Positions 21,322-30,539 of a stretch of 64,000 nt of DNA are shown here, one piece after another. Below the pieces are notes generated by a model that saw only the letters and a program-made list of their open reading frames with translations, was not told the DNA's origin and did not search any database. The stretch spans positions 256,001 to 320,000 of the forward strand of contig CAWKBC010000027.1 of NCBI GenBank assembly GCA_963847705.1. Reading direction: 5' to 3'. The position numbers were made by a program, and so were the translations under genes. Position 1 is the stretch's first letter. Each line of letters begins with the position of its first letter. This DNA comes from an uncultured Pseudomonadota bacterium (GTDB taxonomy: Bacteria > Myxococcota_A > Polyangia > Fen-1088).

Positions 21322-22311
21322 CTAGCGCGGGTCCCCGTGAGGTGGACCCAAATAGCGGAACTCGGCGAGGAGATCGCCGTGAGGCCCGATGCCGTCCCCC
21401 TTTACCTTTCCGTTGGTGAGGATGGGCAGGAACCCATCGACGACGTCATCGCGGAGTGTCCGTCCGCTCTGCGGGTAGGACGCGGGGCGCGTGGGGTCGT
21501 AGCGGATCATGTCCGGCAACAAGGTTTGGGCCGCTCGCCTGGCTGCCTCCGGCGTATAGCCCCCGGTGTGCTCCAGCGAGTGCGCGAACACGGCGATGAA
21601 ACGTTCATCCCCCGCCGGCTCTCCGGTGCGGTAGGCGTCGTTCGCCTCGCCGGTGAGGAAGGGGGTCTGTGAGGGGCGCGCGCCGCGGTCCGCTTGCACC
21701 CAGGGCCCGCCCACGCCGTCCTCCGGGATCAGCGTGCGGACCCACAGGCTGACCTCTTTCGACCCCAACGCCGCGTTGGGGACATCCAACACCACGCTGG
21801 ATACGTTTTTGTCGGCGAAAAAATCTTGGCCCGTGAACTGGAAGTTCTTGATGACGCCCACCACGTCGAAAAAAAACGGATCGCTGCGACGGCCCACAAA
21901 GAGGCGGTGGTCACCCGCCGGGGTGGCCCGTGCCTCCCGACCCGTCGACACCGGCACACCCTCGGCGAGAACACGCCCGCCGTCGCTCTTTCCCATCGGC
22001 TGTGCGCCCTCGAAGCGGCGCAGGGTCGCCGTCTGGCCCCCGTCTTTCGAAGACGACACGCGCACCTGATAGGTGATGTCGGCGACGGCGTCGCCGTTGG
22101 TGTCGATCCTGAGCTCGTAGAGCGCCGCCGGCGCGAACGGCTCGGCAGTGGTCGGTCCTGGCGGGTCGATGCTGGCCGAAGGATGAAAATTCATGATGAG
22201 GATCGACCTGCCCGGATCTCCCGGCTTGGGGAAAGCGAACAGATCGGTAAAGTCCAGGCGGGCATCTCCGCGAGGGAAGGAAACGTTGGGACCCGAGTAA
22301 TGGTGCGACAT
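21322..22311 (-). CDS. DUF4331-family protein
   Basis: MSHH start, DFTDLFAF, YELRIDTNGD, GRRSDPFFFD, GRTLRDDVVD, YLGPPH. Confidence 0.82.
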   Translation of the reverse strand: MSHHYSGPNVSFPRGDARLDFTDLFAFPKPGDPGRSILIMNFHPSASIDPPGPTTAEPFAPAALYELRIDTNGDAVADITYQVRVSSSKDGGQTATLRRFEGAQPMGKSDGGRVLAEGVPVSTGREARATPAGDHRLFVGRRSDPFFFDVVGVIKNFQFTGQDFFADKNVSSVVLDVPNAALGSKEVSLWVRTLIPEDGVGGPWVQADRGARPSQTPFLTGEANDAYRTGEPAGDERFIAVFAHSLEHTGGYTPEAARRAAQTLLPDMIRYDPTRPASYPQSGRTLRDDVVDGFLPILTNGKVKGDGIGPHGDLLAEFRYLGPPHGDPR

Positions 22312-22568
22312 GATCGCCTTCTCCTGTTGTTTGCCTGCGCCCGTCGGGCGAGCTCGGCGACAGGGTAGCGACCATCTGGGCAAGGGCCAGGGTGCGAGAT
22401 CTGCATCTTCGGGAAAAACGACCCTGTCCGCACCGGCGACGCCCGCCTGCCGAATCTCGGAACCATGACCCCCCCCTCTCTTTTTTTCGGGCGGCGGGCA
22501 GGAAGATCGGGCCATGAGTTCCGCCGCGAGCAGGGCGTTCCGCCGGCTGCTAGGCTGGCTCGAGCGCC

Positions 22569-23189
22569 GTGGCCTTCGAACGCATCCTCTATCTCGCCCG
22601 TCACGGCGAGACCGAATGGAACCGGATCGGGCGATGGCAGGGCGCGACCGACATCCCGCTGTCCGACGTCGGGCGCGCGCAGGCGCGGTTGCTCGCGGAC
22701 AGACTGCGCGACAGGCGGATCGCCCGGGTGTACGCCAGCCAGCTCTCGCGCGCGCTCGAGACCGCGCAGATCATCGCCGCCCGTCTCGGCGCGCCGACGC
22801 CCACCGCCGACCCCAGGTTACGCGAGCGTGGCTACGGCGCGTTCGAAGGCCTGACGCGTGAGGAGTGCGCGCAACGATTCCCGGGCGTCTGGGAGCAATA
22901 CCTGGTCGATCGTCGCGTGGTGCCGCCTGGTGCCGAGCCGCAGGCCGAGGTGATCGAACGAATCACTGCCGCCATGACCGAGATCGCCGCCCAGGTCGAA
23001 GGCCAATCCGAACCAGGGGCGATCCTGGTGGTCTCTCACGGAGGCGCGATCCGCTCGTTCCTCCACGCCACGACCGGCGTGGCCCCACCTCCGCTCGAGA
23101 ATGTCACGGTCTTCAGGCTCCGCTTCGAAGGCGCCTCCTTCGTGACGGTCGAACAGGAGCCGACGATCGGACGAGACGATCGGTCGTGA
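22569..23189 (+). CDS. Histidine phosphatase (phosphoglycerate mutase family)
   Basis: RHGETEWN, S.L.RA.ETA, LRE..YG.FEG, SHGG. Confidence 0.9.
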   Translation: MAFERILYLARHGETEWNRIGRWQGATDIPLSDVGRAQARLLADRLRDRRIARVYASQLSRALETAQIIAARLGAPTPTADPRLRERGYGAFEGLTREECAQRFPGVWEQYLVDRRVVPPGAEPQAEVIERITAAMTEIAAQVEGQSEPGAILVVSHGGAIRSFLHATTGVAPPPLENVTVFRLRFEGASFVTVEQEPTIGRDDRS

Positions 23190-23387
23190 CCGTCGGCGGA
23201 GCCGTCCCGGCGACCGGCATCGGCGGCGGCGGAAGGCCATGCTGATCGCCGTGCGCCGATCGAGCCGAGACCTCCGCGACCAGGTTGGGAGCGCAGCTTC
23301 TCCCGCTCGGGCCACCTCGGCCATGGGCGCGAGGACGTCAAGCTTCGACGATCGACGACTCTCCGTTCAACCACCAGCCATCCGGCT

Positions 23388-24074
23388 TCAGCCGATCCCG
23401 GCGGCGGTGACCGGGGTCCGCCGGTTCAGGACGGCGGCGCGGGCCCGCGACGGGCGGGGGACCGGGAGTCCCGTGGCGGAGACCTGGGCCGGCGGCGCTT
23501 GGCCGCTCGGGTCGGTCGCGGGCGGGACCAGCGCCAGAGGTTGCACGTAGGCGCCGGACTCGAGGAGCCTGCGCAGCTTGGCGCGGGTGCGGAAGATGCG
23601 CGTCGCCACCGTCCTCTGCGGGATGGAGAGCCGCCCTGCGATCTCGTCCTGTCCGAGTTGCTCGAACACGAAGAGGGAATAGATCTCGCGACTGACCCGG
23701 TCCACGAACAGGAGAGCTCGCTGGACATCCTCTGAGGTGAAATTCTCCCACGCCGGGGTCTCCTCGGGCACCGGGGCGGACGCCGCCTCTTGCACCTCGA
23801 GCAGCGCCAGCCGCGCGCGCCGCCGCCGCGCGCGGTAGTCGTCGACGAAGATCCTTCGCAAGATCGTCGACATCCAGCGATCGGGCGAATCTCCCGACCG
23901 AAATAAATTCCGGCGGCGCAGGCCGCGTTCGAACGCCGCTTGCACCAGGTCACTGGCGTCGGCGTCGTTCCGACACAGGCGCAACGCCAGCCCGAATAGC
24001 TGCGGATACAGAGCGACCAGGCGCTCTTCGAACGTCTCGTCTTGATGCTGATTTGCAGACCGATCCATGGCCAA
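23388..24074 (-). CDS. ECF sigma factor
   Basis: Sigma2 (DASDLVQAAF, WMSTI) and sigma4 (EIAGRLSIPQRTVATRIFR). Confidence 0.85.
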   Translation of the reverse strand: MAMDRSANQHQDETFEERLVALYPQLFGLALRLCRNDADASDLVQAAFERGLRRRNLFRSGDSPDRWMSTILRRIFVDDYRARRRRARLALLEVQEAASAPVPEETPAWENFTSEDVQRALLFVDRVSREIYSLFVFEQLGQDEIAGRLSIPQRTVATRIFRTRAKLRRLLESGAYVQPLALVPPATDPSGQAPPAQVSATGLPVPRPSRARAAVLNRRTPVTAAGIG

Positions 24075-24202
24075 GGCTCCTGTCCCCCCCGACGGGCTGG
24101 TTGACCAACACCTCTCGCTTCCACTCCTTAGACGGATCGGATTTGCGGATTTTGCGCGTGGCGGCGATTATTCGTGCGCCGCAGGGCGAAATAGGGGGAC
24201 TG

Positions 24203-25219
24203 ATGACCGCGAGACGACTATCCGCGATGAGCAGGGGTTCGATTCTGGCGCTGGCCGGGCTGGCTCTGGCAGCGGGCTGCGCCGCCCGGCGGCCGCACAC
24301 GTTTGGGATTCCGATGCCGTTGCAGCTTCAGACGGTCGTCGCGGTCGACCGGCAGGGGAACGAGGTTCTCGCGGGCGCGTTTCCTGGGCACCTGCGGATC
24401 GCGGGCGCCGAGCTGGTCAGCGCCGGCGGCACCGACATCTTCCTGTCCAAGACCGCGCCGAACGGGGCCCCGGTGTTTCCGCCCCAGCGGTTCGGGGGGC
24501 CGGGTGAGGACGCCGCGACCGGCCTGGCGGTCGACGACGACGGCAGCATCGTGGTCGCCGGGACGTTCCAGGGCGAGGCCAGCTTCGGCTCACAGACCCT
24601 CAAGGCCGAAGTGCGCCATCCGGGCCAGCGCGCCGTGTTCGTGGCCCGGCTGGATCCGGCGGGGAAGATCCAGTGGGTGAAGCAGATCGCGACCGCGAAT
24701 GTCCCGACACAGATCAGCGTCGCCATCCGGCCCGACCACAGCATCCTCGTCGGGGCCAGCGGCACCGGAACCATCGCCAACCGAACCGGCTCGGAGGCAT
24801 TGGCTGGCGAGAGCATCACGCTCGACTTGCTCTCCTCCAAGGGTGACTTCATTCAACTGCCGGACAACCTGAAGATCCGCGCGCTGACGATTCCGGTCGG
24901 CTGCGCTCACTCGCCTTGCTCCGCGGGTGATGTCTTGCAGGCGGGGTGCGGCCCCGATGACTGTGTCGCCTGGATTTGCAGCGCCGACTCCTACTGCTGC
25001 GCCGTTGCGTGGGACAGCATATGTGTCGGCGAGGTTGGTTCGGTGTGCGAGCGCAGATGCGACTGCAGCACCATCTGTACCCAGGGAATCCCCTTCTACC
25101 CTTCTGCCTGCGCCTGCACCGCCCAAGTGTTCAGCCAGGATCCCTATTGTGGCGAAAACTGGTGGGACAGCATTTGCGTGAGTGAGGCGGTTGGCTGGTG
25201 TCACATCCCCTGTCAGTAG
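24203..25219 (+). CDS. Lipoprotein with beta-propeller-like repeats and two C-terminal Cys-rich repeats
   Basis: AAGC lipobox; VAVD..GN..AG.F.G repeats; DSYCCAVAWDSICV and DPYCGENWWDSICV. Confidence 0.7.
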   Translation: MTARRLSAMSRGSILALAGLALAAGCAARRPHTFGIPMPLQLQTVVAVDRQGNEVLAGAFPGHLRIAGAELVSAGGTDIFLSKTAPNGAPVFPPQRFGGPGEDAATGLAVDDDGSIVVAGTFQGEASFGSQTLKAEVRHPGQRAVFVARLDPAGKIQWVKQIATANVPTQISVAIRPDHSILVGASGTGTIANRTGSEALAGESITLDLLSSKGDFIQLPDNLKIRALTIPVGCAHSPCSAGDVLQAGCGPDDCVAWICSADSYCCAVAWDSICVGEVGSVCERRCDCSTICTQGIPFYPSACACTAQVFSQDPYCGENWWDSICVSEAVGWCHIPCQ

Positions 25220-25240
25220 AAGGCAGCGCCGGTTGATATC

Positions 25241-26254
25241 TCAAGGAGTGGACCGCATGAAGACGGTCCGCAGGAAGACCTCGAGTTGGGTCAACTCGGT
25301 AGAACCAATCGAGCCACGTATCGCGACAACCGCCTCGATGGAATCGACAGGACTGCCATATAAGCCGCTCACCCCCAGATAGAGATCTTCGGGGTTGGTC
25401 GTCGAGAGTCCCGGCATCGGCAGATCGCCCATGCCGAGCACCGTTTCATTGAGACGGAGCTCGAGATTGTCTGTCGATCGGTACAGCGTATAGGCCTCGA
25501 CCGAGGGTTGAGAAACGTCCATGGTCGGGAGGACCGTAGTTTCGTCGACGACGCCCTGCGGTTTACCCGCTAGAGCCGATGATGTTGCCGAGAGGACCCA
25601 ATCGATCGAGATCTGTTGACTGTCGGTCCGAGCACCATCGGACTTTTTGAAAAATGAGAGCGGCGTGGTGCTCGACGATAGTCCGGCAACCACGATCACC
25701 GCGAAGTCGCCCGCACCGAAATCCAGTGATGGGCTGTTGGCCACGACGAACCCACTTCCGAGTTGCGCGGAGTCCAGCTGGACGCCGTCCGGGATGACCT
25801 GGGGGAGCGCGCTCGGGTAGAGCGCGTGGGCGTCGTTGGCCTGGCCGGACTGGTCGGCCCAGACCGACACGGGGGAGCCGACGGCGGGGAGGTTGGAGGG
25901 CCAGAGCAGCAGGACCAGGTTCGAGCGGACGTCCTCGGGGAGAGACAGGCAGGTCCCGTTGTGGCAGAGCATGCTCGGGGGGCCGGAGGCGCCGGCCTCG
26001 GCGTCGGCGCCGCCCGCCTCCATCCGGTCGACGCCGGCGTCCGTCATGCCGACGCCCGCGTCGGTCTTACACGCTTTCGTTCCCGGCGAAGCACACAGCC
26101 CTTGGCCCGTTCCGGGATCGACCAGGCATGTGAGGTCGTTAGGGCACCCTTCGCTGGACGTGCAGGTCAGGCGGCAGCTCTCGACGTTGAGCTGAAAGCA
26201 GCTCGCCAACGCCAGGAGCGCTGTCAGACCGGTGAGGGCAGCCGTGCCGGACAT
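25241..26254 (-). CDS. Lipoprotein with Cys-rich N-terminus and LamG/concanavalin-like C-terminal domain (start uncertain)
   Basis: LASC lipobox; DAG linker; VSVWADQSGQANDA, SPSLDFGAGDF. Confidence 0.65.
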   Translation of the reverse strand: MSGTAALTGLTALLALASCFQLNVESCRLTCTSSEGCPNDLTCLVDPGTGQGLCASPGTKACKTDAGVGMTDAGVDRMEAGGADAEAGASGPPSMLCHNGTCLSLPEDVRSNLVLLLWPSNLPAVGSPVSVWADQSGQANDAHALYPSALPQVIPDGVQLDSAQLGSGFVVANSPSLDFGAGDFAVIVVAGLSSSTTPLSFFKKSDGARTDSQQISIDWVLSATSSALAGKPQGVVDETTVLPTMDVSQPSVEAYTLYRSTDNLELRLNETVLGMGDLPMPGLSTTNPEDLYLGVSGLYGSPVDSIEAVVAIRGSIGSTELTQLEVFLRTVFMRSTP

Positions 26255-26340
26255 TCCATAAGGAGGACGAATATGGCCGCCCCCTTTTGCGCCCAAGCGG
26301 GGAATATTGTTTCGCCACAGTGAGTGCATGACGTCCACGG

Positions 26341-27192
26341 TCAAAAACTCCCTGACCACCCGATGAGGGCCACGTGGGGCTCCGAAGGGGCGCCGGCTGC
26401 CGCGGACGGACGCGAGAGGATCAGCAGCGTGGCCCCTCCGCCCCCGGCCAGCGCGGCGGCGCCCGCGAACCACCAGGCCCGGGAGGCATCCCGGCTCCCT
26501 TCCAGGTACTGGGAATGCCCGTTCCAGACCATCATGTGCTGGATGGCGGCGTTCACCTGCCCCTGTTGTTCACCTTCGATGTGGTGCGCTTCCCAGGCAT
26601 AGGCCGCCGCCACGCCCGCGGCGACGACCCCGACCCCGATCGCGGCCCATCCGGCTGCGCGCAGGGCCCGGCGGTGGTCGGCGGGACGGACCTCCTGGTG
26701 GTCAGCGGGGCCGGAGGGGTTGATGACCAGGGCTGGTGGCGCCGAGGTCGGCGGGACCAAGACTCGCGGTGCCGGCGCCGTCAGGTCGGGTGTGTTCGGC
26801 CGGCGGGCGCGCTGGTCGGCGCAGGCCTGCATCTCATCGCGCCGGTGCAGGGCCCGCGCGTGGTCCGGATCGTCCGGCGCGGTCGCGTCGATGAAGCGCC
26901 GGTAGGCGTCCAGCGCGGCGACGCAGTCGTCCTTGGCTCGCAGGACCTGGGCCTGGTTGTAGAGGATCGACGGCCGCGGCGAGAGGGCGAACGCCCGCGC
27001 CAGCAGCTGCAGCGCTTCGTCCAGCTGGTTCTGGTCGTAGGCCCGCGCCGCTTGCTCGACCAGCCCGGTGGCGGCCGCTTCGTGGTCTGCCGCCGGCTCC
27101 GCGCCCGGCTGGACGTCGGTCACCGGCTGCGCGTGAGCGGGCGCGGCCAGCCACGCCACCAGCACCACCGACGCGAAGGCCAGGCTCTTCAT
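26341..27192 (-). CDS. Exported TPR protein with C-terminal membrane segments
   Basis: Signal peptide; A..LLARAFALSPRPSILYNQAQ, ALDAYRRF; Gly/Ala-rich TM helices. Confidence 0.8.
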   Translation of the reverse strand: MKSLAFASVVLVAWLAAPAHAQPVTDVQPGAEPAADHEAAATGLVEQAARAYDQNQLDEALQLLARAFALSPRPSILYNQAQVLRAKDDCVAALDAYRRFIDATAPDDPDHARALHRRDEMQACADQRARRPNTPDLTAPAPRVLVPPTSAPPALVINPSGPADHQEVRPADHRRALRAAGWAAIGVGVVAAGVAAAYAWEAHHIEGEQQGQVNAAIQHMMVWNGHSQYLEGSRDASRAWWFAGAAALAGGGGATLLILSRPSAAAGAPSEPHVALIGWSGSF

Positions 27193-27196
27193 CTAC

Positions 27197-28879
27197 TCAT
27201 TTTTTGAAGATGAACCCATCGTTCGGATCGGCCGAGCGTCGGTGGGCGGGCGAGGGGGCCTGGCCTGTTTCGGAGCTGGGCTCCGTCGCCGGCGAATCAT
27301 TGGAAGACTCGGCTCCGGGGGCCGTCGACTGCTCCTGGTGCGCCGGCTTCGTCGTGCTGGAATGACGAGCGGATGGCGACCGGCGAGGTACGAGCAGATC
27401 CGCTGCCGGAGCGTCCGGCAGCGCCGCCGCCGCCCGGAGGTTCGCCGGCGCCGCGCGGGGCGGGGGCACAGGCGGCGCCGTCGCCGTCGCCGAGGGCGGC
27501 AGCTCTGGCGCGGCCGGGGCCGACACCGTCGCGGATTCCGGCGCAGGTCGAACGTCGACGACCGCACGCGGCTCCCGCCGGTTGAACACGAGCGCAGCGA
27601 CCAGGACGCCGGCGACACCCACCGCGGCCGCGGCCGTCCACCGTCGCGCGGGCCAGGCGCGCCGGACGGCGGGCGATGGAGCGAGCTCCGCCGCCGGCGC
27701 CTGCTCCGTCGGCCGCCCCTGATCCGCCGGCGGCGGCCCCTGCTCCGTCGAAGCGGCGCTGGCGGGGGCGGGCGCAGCGACGGCGGCGGGGGCGGGCGGC
27801 GCGACGCTCACCTCGGCGACCAGCGCGCTCACCACGTCGTCCGCCGAGACCGGGCGGAGCTCGATTTCGCGCTGGAGGCACCGTGCGATCACGTCGTTCC
27901 AGCGCGCGTCGATCTCGGGGACCAGCGAACGCACCGGCGGCACCGGCTCGACGGCGCGCCGCCACGCCGCCGGCAGCCAGTGCCCGCCCGGCTTCGGCGC
28001 GCAGGGGAGCTCGCCGGTCAGCATCTCGTACATCACCAGCCCCAGCGCATAGATGTCCGCGGGCTGGCGGGCGCTCTGCCCCTGCAGCTGCTCGGGCGAC
28101 ATGTACGCCAGCGTGCCTTCCAGGCCGCGCGCCTCCTGCGACTCCAGCGTGGCGGTGGCGGTGTGGCGCGCCAGGCCGAAGTCGGTGACCACGATGCGCT
28201 CGCCTTCCGGCTCGGTGGCGAGCATGACGTTGTCGCTCTTGAAGTCGCGGTGGACCACGCCGGCGCGGTGGGCGGCGCTCAGCGCCGCCGCCATCCCCTT
28301 CACGATCGGCAGGGCCGCCTCGGGTGAGAAGCGCCCCTGCTCACCGAGGCGCTGCGCCAGGCTGACCCCCGTGAGCAGCTCCATCGTGAAGAACAGGACG
28401 GTGGCGCCCGGCCGCTCGTTCCCGCCGCCGTGGACCCCCAGGTCGAAGATGCGGCAGACGTTCGGGTGGGTGATCCGGCGCGCCATGTTGACCTCTTGCT
28501 TCAGGCGGCGCGCGGCCTGCGGATTGTCGGCGATCGTGGCGGCGATCGTCTTCAGGGCGATGCGCGTGCCCAGCATCTCGTCTTCGGCCTCGTAGACCTC
28601 GCCCATCCCGCCGCGCGCGATGAAGCGGACGATCCGGTACCGGTCGGCCAGCCTGTCGCCGACCGAGCACCGCGTGAAATTGACCGGATCGTGATCGACG
28701 CGGGTGGACCGCTCGCGCAGGGCGTGGACCGCCCCCTCGATCGCCTTCCGGCAGGCGAGGCAACCGTCCGCGTGCTGGTCGATCCGGGCGACCTGGGCCC
28801 GGTCGAGGCGCCCCTGGGCGAAGTCCAGCGTCGCGTTCTCGTCGATGCACGCCGAGGGGCCGTCGTCCTGGAGCGGCAT
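27197..28879 (-). CDS. Membrane Ser/Thr protein kinase with N-terminal zinc-finger (ZAS/zf-HC2-like) domain
   Basis: HADGCLAC (HxxxCxxC); RGGMGEVY, ALK, HRDFKSDN, DFGLA, YMSPE; TM helix; Pro-rich tail. Confidence 0.92.
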   Translation of the reverse strand: MPLQDDGPSACIDENATLDFAQGRLDRAQVARIDQHADGCLACRKAIEGAVHALRERSTRVDHDPVNFTRCSVGDRLADRYRIVRFIARGGMGEVYEAEDEMLGTRIALKTIAATIADNPQAARRLKQEVNMARRITHPNVCRIFDLGVHGGGNERPGATVLFFTMELLTGVSLAQRLGEQGRFSPEAALPIVKGMAAALSAAHRAGVVHRDFKSDNVMLATEPEGERIVVTDFGLARHTATATLESQEARGLEGTLAYMSPEQLQGQSARQPADIYALGLVMYEMLTGELPCAPKPGGHWLPAAWRRAVEPVPPVRSLVPEIDARWNDVIARCLQREIELRPVSADDVVSALVAEVSVAPPAPAAVAAPAPASAASTEQGPPPADQGRPTEQAPAAELAPSPAVRRAWPARRWTAAAAVGVAGVLVAALVFNRREPRAVVDVRPAPESATVSAPAAPELPPSATATAPPVPPPRAAPANLRAAAALPDAPAADLLVPRRSPSARHSSTTKPAHQEQSTAPGAESSNDSPATEPSSETGQAPSPAHRRSADPNDGFIFKK

Positions 28880-28911
28880 GTGGTGAGGTTAACGCAGAGT
28901 GCCCTGGCTGG

Positions 28912-29814
28912 TCATTTAGGTTGGCCGTCCTTCGGTGGGCCTTCCTTCGGTGCGGCCGCGCTCGGTTGGCCCCCGCTCGGTGGGCCGTCGGATTCCGTGG
29001 TCCGCCCCAGGAGCGGCCCCAGGCTGACGTAGACCTCGCTGCGAATGGCCTGCGCGAGGCTCTCCAGCGACGTGGCGCCGCCGCGCGATCCGTGACGGAC
29101 GGCGAGGTGCCCGCGCACGGCGACCGCGATCTCTTCGCGCAGCACCATCAGCCGGCGCGCCACCGTCGCCGGGTGCACGCCATAGGGCGTGGCCATCTCT
29201 TCCAGCGTCATGTGGTCGATCAGGTGGCGCCGGAGGAGGTTGCGGTCCTTGGGCGTCAGCGCGGCCACCGTCGCCGCCATCGCCTCCTGGAACGCCTCCC
29301 GGTAGGCCGCGCGCAAGAGCTGCACTTCGGGGCCGAAGTCGACCTGCTCCAGCGAATCGGGGTCGGGCGCCTCTCGCCCGACCACCTCGCGAACGGCCCG
29401 GAGGCAGTCAATCGCGATCCGGTTGGCGGCCACGCGGATCCAGGCCAGCAGGGAGCCCCGCCCGCCGTAACGCAAGATGCGTGGGTCCGGCGGCAACAGC
29501 AACTTCGACCGCAGCTCCTGCATCACGTCGTCGATGAACTCCGGCCGCGGATCGAGACGCCTGAGCGAGAAGCGCGCCGAGGCGACGTACGTCTCCTCGA
29601 GCGCTTCGATCGCCGCCCGATCCCCATGGCCGGAGGCGCAGGCCAGGAACAGATCGGCCAGGTTCGCGGCATCGAGCTCGACGCTGACGGCGCCCAGCGA
29701 GAAGCCGACCTGCTGGGCATGGGCCACGAACCGTTCGAAGTCGAGCGTCACCGCCGGCCACGCGAGCCTCGCCCGTTCGTAACCCTCGCGCCAGCGGAGG
29801 TCCCCGCCTTGCAT
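28912..29814 (-). CDS. Myxobacterial-type ECF sigma-70 factor
   Basis: WP.V..., DLFLACA.., YGGRGSL.AW.RV, YGVHPATVARRL (TIGR03001-like pattern). Confidence 0.78.
   Translation of the reverse strand: MQGGDLRWREGYERARLAWPAVTLDFERFVAHAQQVGFSLGAVSVELDAANLADLFLACASGHGDRAAIEALEETYVASARFSLRRLDPRPEFIDDVMQELRSKLLLPPDPRILRYGGRGSLLAWIRVAANRIAIDCLRAVREVVGREAPDPDSLEQVDFGPEVQLLRAAYREAFQEAMAATVAALTPKDRNLLRRHLIDHMTLEEMATPYGVHPATVARRLMVLREEIAVAVRGHLAVRHGSRGGATSLESLAQAIRSEVYVSLGPLLGRTTESDGPPSGGQPSAAAPKEGPPKDGQPK
28916..28990 (-). repeat. In-frame 15-bp degenerate tandem repeat x5 at the sigma factor 3' end
   Basis: Encodes DGPPS GGQPS AAAPK EGPPK DGQPK. Confidence 0.75.
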
Positions 29815-29948
29815 GGCCCGAGTCTATCAGGGACGACCGCTTCTCCCGCTCCCCTCGAGCCCGGCTTTCGTCGGGCGCAGCGTCGACGCGTGTGGGAAGC
29901 TTTGCGTTTTCGACTCCGAGGCGGTTCGACTCTGAAGGGAGCTCAAAG

Positions 29949-30539
29949 ATGCGCTTTGACATCGTGCCCGGCAGTACCTTTCCCGATTACGAGCTGCCCG
30001 ATCACACCGGCACGCCGCGCAAGCTGAGCGAGCTGCAGGGCGACGATCCCCTCATCCTCACGCTCTCGCGCGGCCACTACTGCCCGAAGGAGCACCAACA
30101 GCATCTCGAGCTCGCGGCGTTCTACCCGAAGATCGCCGTCGCCTACACCCAGGTCGTCACCATCGCCACCGACGATCACCACACCCTGCAGGAGTTTCGG
30201 GCCTCGGTCGGCGCGCAGTGGACCTTCCTCTCGGACCCGGAGCGAAAGGTCCAGAAGGATCTCGACATCCAGGAGTACACCGACCCGGACAACAACCCGA
30301 TGATCCCGCACACCCTGGTGCTCAAGCCGCGCCTGGTGATTCACAGCATCTACAACGGCTACTGGTTCTGGGGCCGCCCGTCGGTGGTCGACCTCTGGCA
30401 CGATCTTCGGACCGTCAGCAGCGAGATCCGCCCCGACTGGGACCTCGCCGCGCCTGGCCTCCGCAAGGCCTGGGACGCGGGCGACCATTCCCCCTTTCAC
30501 GGTTGGAACAAGCGGAAAGGCGACAAACCTTCAGGCTGA
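29949..30539 (+). CDS. Redoxin (AhpC/TSA-like) domain protein
   Basis: FPDYELPD, RGHYCPKE (single Cys), FLSDP, GYWFWGRP. Confidence 0.82.
   Translation: MRFDIVPGSTFPDYELPDHTGTPRKLSELQGDDPLILTLSRGHYCPKEHQQHLELAAFYPKIAVAYTQVVTIATDDHHTLQEFRASVGAQWTFLSDPERKVQKDLDIQEYTDPDNNPMIPHTLVLKPRLVIHSIYNGYWFWGRPSVVDLWHDLRTVSSEIRPDWDLAAPGLRKAWDAGDHSPFHGWNKRKGDKPSG

Noticed and set aside
22320-22500. Structured RNA leader upstream of the DUF4331 gene
   Set aside because: Only an 8-bp GACAGGGT/ACCCTGTC pairing and a C/T tract; no recognisable riboswitch motif
16136-30000. Prophage or ICE at tRNA-Gly
   Set aside because: No integrase, structural, replication or conjugation genes visible
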